From the NCBI GenBank assembly GCA_951406725.2, contig OX597825.1, positions 5,890,001-5,954,000 on the forward strand: a stretch of 64,000 nucleotides of DNA, given 5' to 3'. Positions 61,800 through 64,000 of the stretch are shown one piece after another (the first letter of the stretch is position 1; each line of letters opens with the position of its first letter). Origin of the DNA: Octopus vulgaris (lineage: Eukaryota). The notes below the pieces were generated by a model. It did no database searches. It was not told where the DNA came from and worked only from the letters and a program-made list of their open reading frames with translations. The translations under genes and the position numbers were made by a program.

Positions 61800-62390
61800 C
61801 ACCTACTCTGAGACACGAAGAAAAGAAAGTCATTCGATTGGTGAAAACTGTGTCGAAGCTCGTTATGTATATGTAAACCTATGTAGCAGGCCTCTTTGAT
61901 CCACAGATTACCGATGTTCTGTTCTGTTGGCAAACCCTAATCTTGAAATCTCTTTTGTGGAATTTCTCCACGAGTTTGTCTGCACGAATTCTTTGATGCG
62001 GGATTTGCAGCTCCTGATGTAAGAACCGCAACATTTATTGCAGACTTACAGGTACACTATGAACAAAGACTTACATTGTTGATGGGGCAGTTGGCCAGTA
62101 TGCACCTATCGTTATTGTCTGTTGGGTGATTTCCCCAAGCAGGGAACAGAGTGCAACCTCTGTATGTTCGCCACCACTCTAAAGATAATAGGAGTGTTTT
62201 TATCGGCAAAATTTCGCAATCTCTAGGAGCAAATTCCATCTTTGGAAGTGTGAACCTTCTGTTTATATAGATATCGGCAAACTGGCGTAAGCTGCATAGA
62301 AGTTGGAATTGTTTCGTGGTGACGGCTTTGGGGGTGTTGATGATTCGTGTCGTCGAAAGCCTACTTAGTAGATGAAACTGTTTTGGTGTG
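61800..62390 (-). pseudogene. Probable PLE GIY-YIG endonuclease relic
   Basis: Minus-strand ...RCILANCP..QCKSLFIVYL*VCNKCCGSYIRS..SRIKE resembles Cys-linker-VY..C..C...YIG....RI.EH. Confidence 0.55.
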
Positions 62391-62401
62391 TATGTATAGA
62401 T

Positions 62402-62453
<52 letters not shown>

Positions 62454-62481
62454 GAGAAAGAAGCAACAAGAATGGATTAGT

Positions 62482-62572
62482 TTTTAGTACAATTGTTTCA
62501 TACAAAGACAGGCTTTATTACAAGTTGCAAAAATTGCAGCATATAAAAGTGTCCCGTACTCATCAGCTAAAA
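62482..62572 (-). ncRNA. Type I hammerhead ribozyme motif (canonical core)
   Basis: Reverse complement: UUUUAG-CUGAUGA-GUACGGGACA...UGUCUUUGUAU-GAA-ACAAUUGU-A-CUAAAA. Lies in a ~250-bp segment between (TA)n tracts. Confidence 0.87.
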
Positions 62573-62704
62573 TACACATGAGTTATCCAGACATCTTAGT
62601 GGGTGAGGTTATACTCATGAAATATTGGAGATAATTCCATTAAAGGCAGATATAGGTTGTAAACAGTTTTCCAAACAGTTTTTACTTGAATCTTAATTGC
62701 TTTG

Positions 62705-62842
<138 letters not shown>

Positions 62843-62848
62843 GTATTT

Positions 62849-62895
<47 letters not shown>

Positions 62896-63086
62896 CATTG
62901 GCCTGCTCGCTTAGCCAGCGGGGTGGGGTCATTCGAAGGCTAAAACAATGCGAACGCATTGTGACCAGCGATGTGTAAAACATCTGATGGTCTGGTCGGT
63001 CACGTGATCACGTGATATACATATACATATACATATACATATATATATACATATATATATACATACATATATATATTCATATACAC

Positions 63087-63134
<48 letters not shown>

Positions 63135-63289
63135 ACACACACACACACATATATATATGTACATATAACGTACTTACTATATGGGAATAGGTACTGGATC
63201 GGTGCATTTTATTTTAACGGAGGATTTGTGCAGGCGGTGACTATCTGGGAAAAAAATATAGTTGGATACTTTTTAAACGCATCTCGTAA

Positions 63290-63652
63290 TTCAAGCTTCC
63301 CTGGTCAAGAACAGCAAATCGCTTACTCGACAGGTTCCCTACTTCCCTGACTTGGTGCCGTGTGACTTCTGGCTCCTCCCCAAAGTGAAAACCACGCTAA
63401 AAGGGTGGAGGTTTGAATCACAAGATATAGTACAAGAGAAGCGGCGGCGGCAGCGGCGATGGAGCGCCATACCATTCCAGAGAATGCATTCCAGAGCTTT
63501 TAGGAGCAGTGGTAGAACCGTTGGGAGAGGCGTAAGAACTCCCAAGAGGAGTATTTCGGAGCAGATTAAGTGAAATTTATGAAATGTAGAAAATAGTTGG
63601 GGGTTTTGTTTATACCCATTGCCAAGGTCGAATACTTTTTGAACACACCTCG
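63290..63652 (+). mobile_element. mariner transposase 3' relic with right TIR
   Basis: PDLVPCDFWLLPKVKTTLKGWRF resembles YSPDLAPxDFxLFPxLK. Ends atactttttgaacacacctcg-TA. Confidence 0.85.
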
Positions 63653-64000
63653 TATGTGTGTGTAGGTATATATATATGTATATTGGTACTATATGTATAT
63701 ATATTTGTATGCATGTAAGTGGATATGAATGTAAACAGATAAACATACAGATAGATAGGTACATAAGTAATATGAACAGACGAGCACACTTATACATACA
63801 TATGCAAATAAAGACTGAAACACGTGACCATGAAAACACATACACTTCACTTCACACAAGGCCACATCTGGAGACATGCATCCATACAAAACAGATGTAG
63901 TACATAGTCACAATAACCCATACACAGACACACTCAGACATGCACACACAAGGAGACAAAGGTACACACACACACATACACACACACACACACATGCAAA

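Overview
Eukaryotic, AT-rich, microsatellite-saturated non-coding DNA (intergenic or a very large intron). The SINE families and repeat density suggest an octopus or other coleoid cephalopod (inference). I found no host protein-coding exon, and almost all ORFs in the supplied track are microsatellite artefacts. The only recognisable coding sequence is transposon-derived: a 5'-truncated R4/Dong-type RLE non-LTR retrotransposon inside (AAT)n (5907-7488), plus relics of R4/Dong, Penelope-like (PLE), RTE, MULE, hAT/Charlie and mariner elements. Helitrons, MITEs and many tRNA-derived SINEs are also present. The most notable signal is a dense set of type-I hammerhead ribozyme (HHR) motifs: 13 found by eye, from about nine unrelated short repeats, most sitting in or beside (TA)n tracts. 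Five have a canonical CUGAnGA/GAAA core, three have CCGAnGA, and five belong to one family with CUGUnGA. One HHR forms the tail of a tRNA-headed, TSD-flanked SINE-like element that has itself been invaded by the Dong element. A ~525-nt rod-like fold-back lies next to a half-HHR. All structures were folded by eye, and none is tested.
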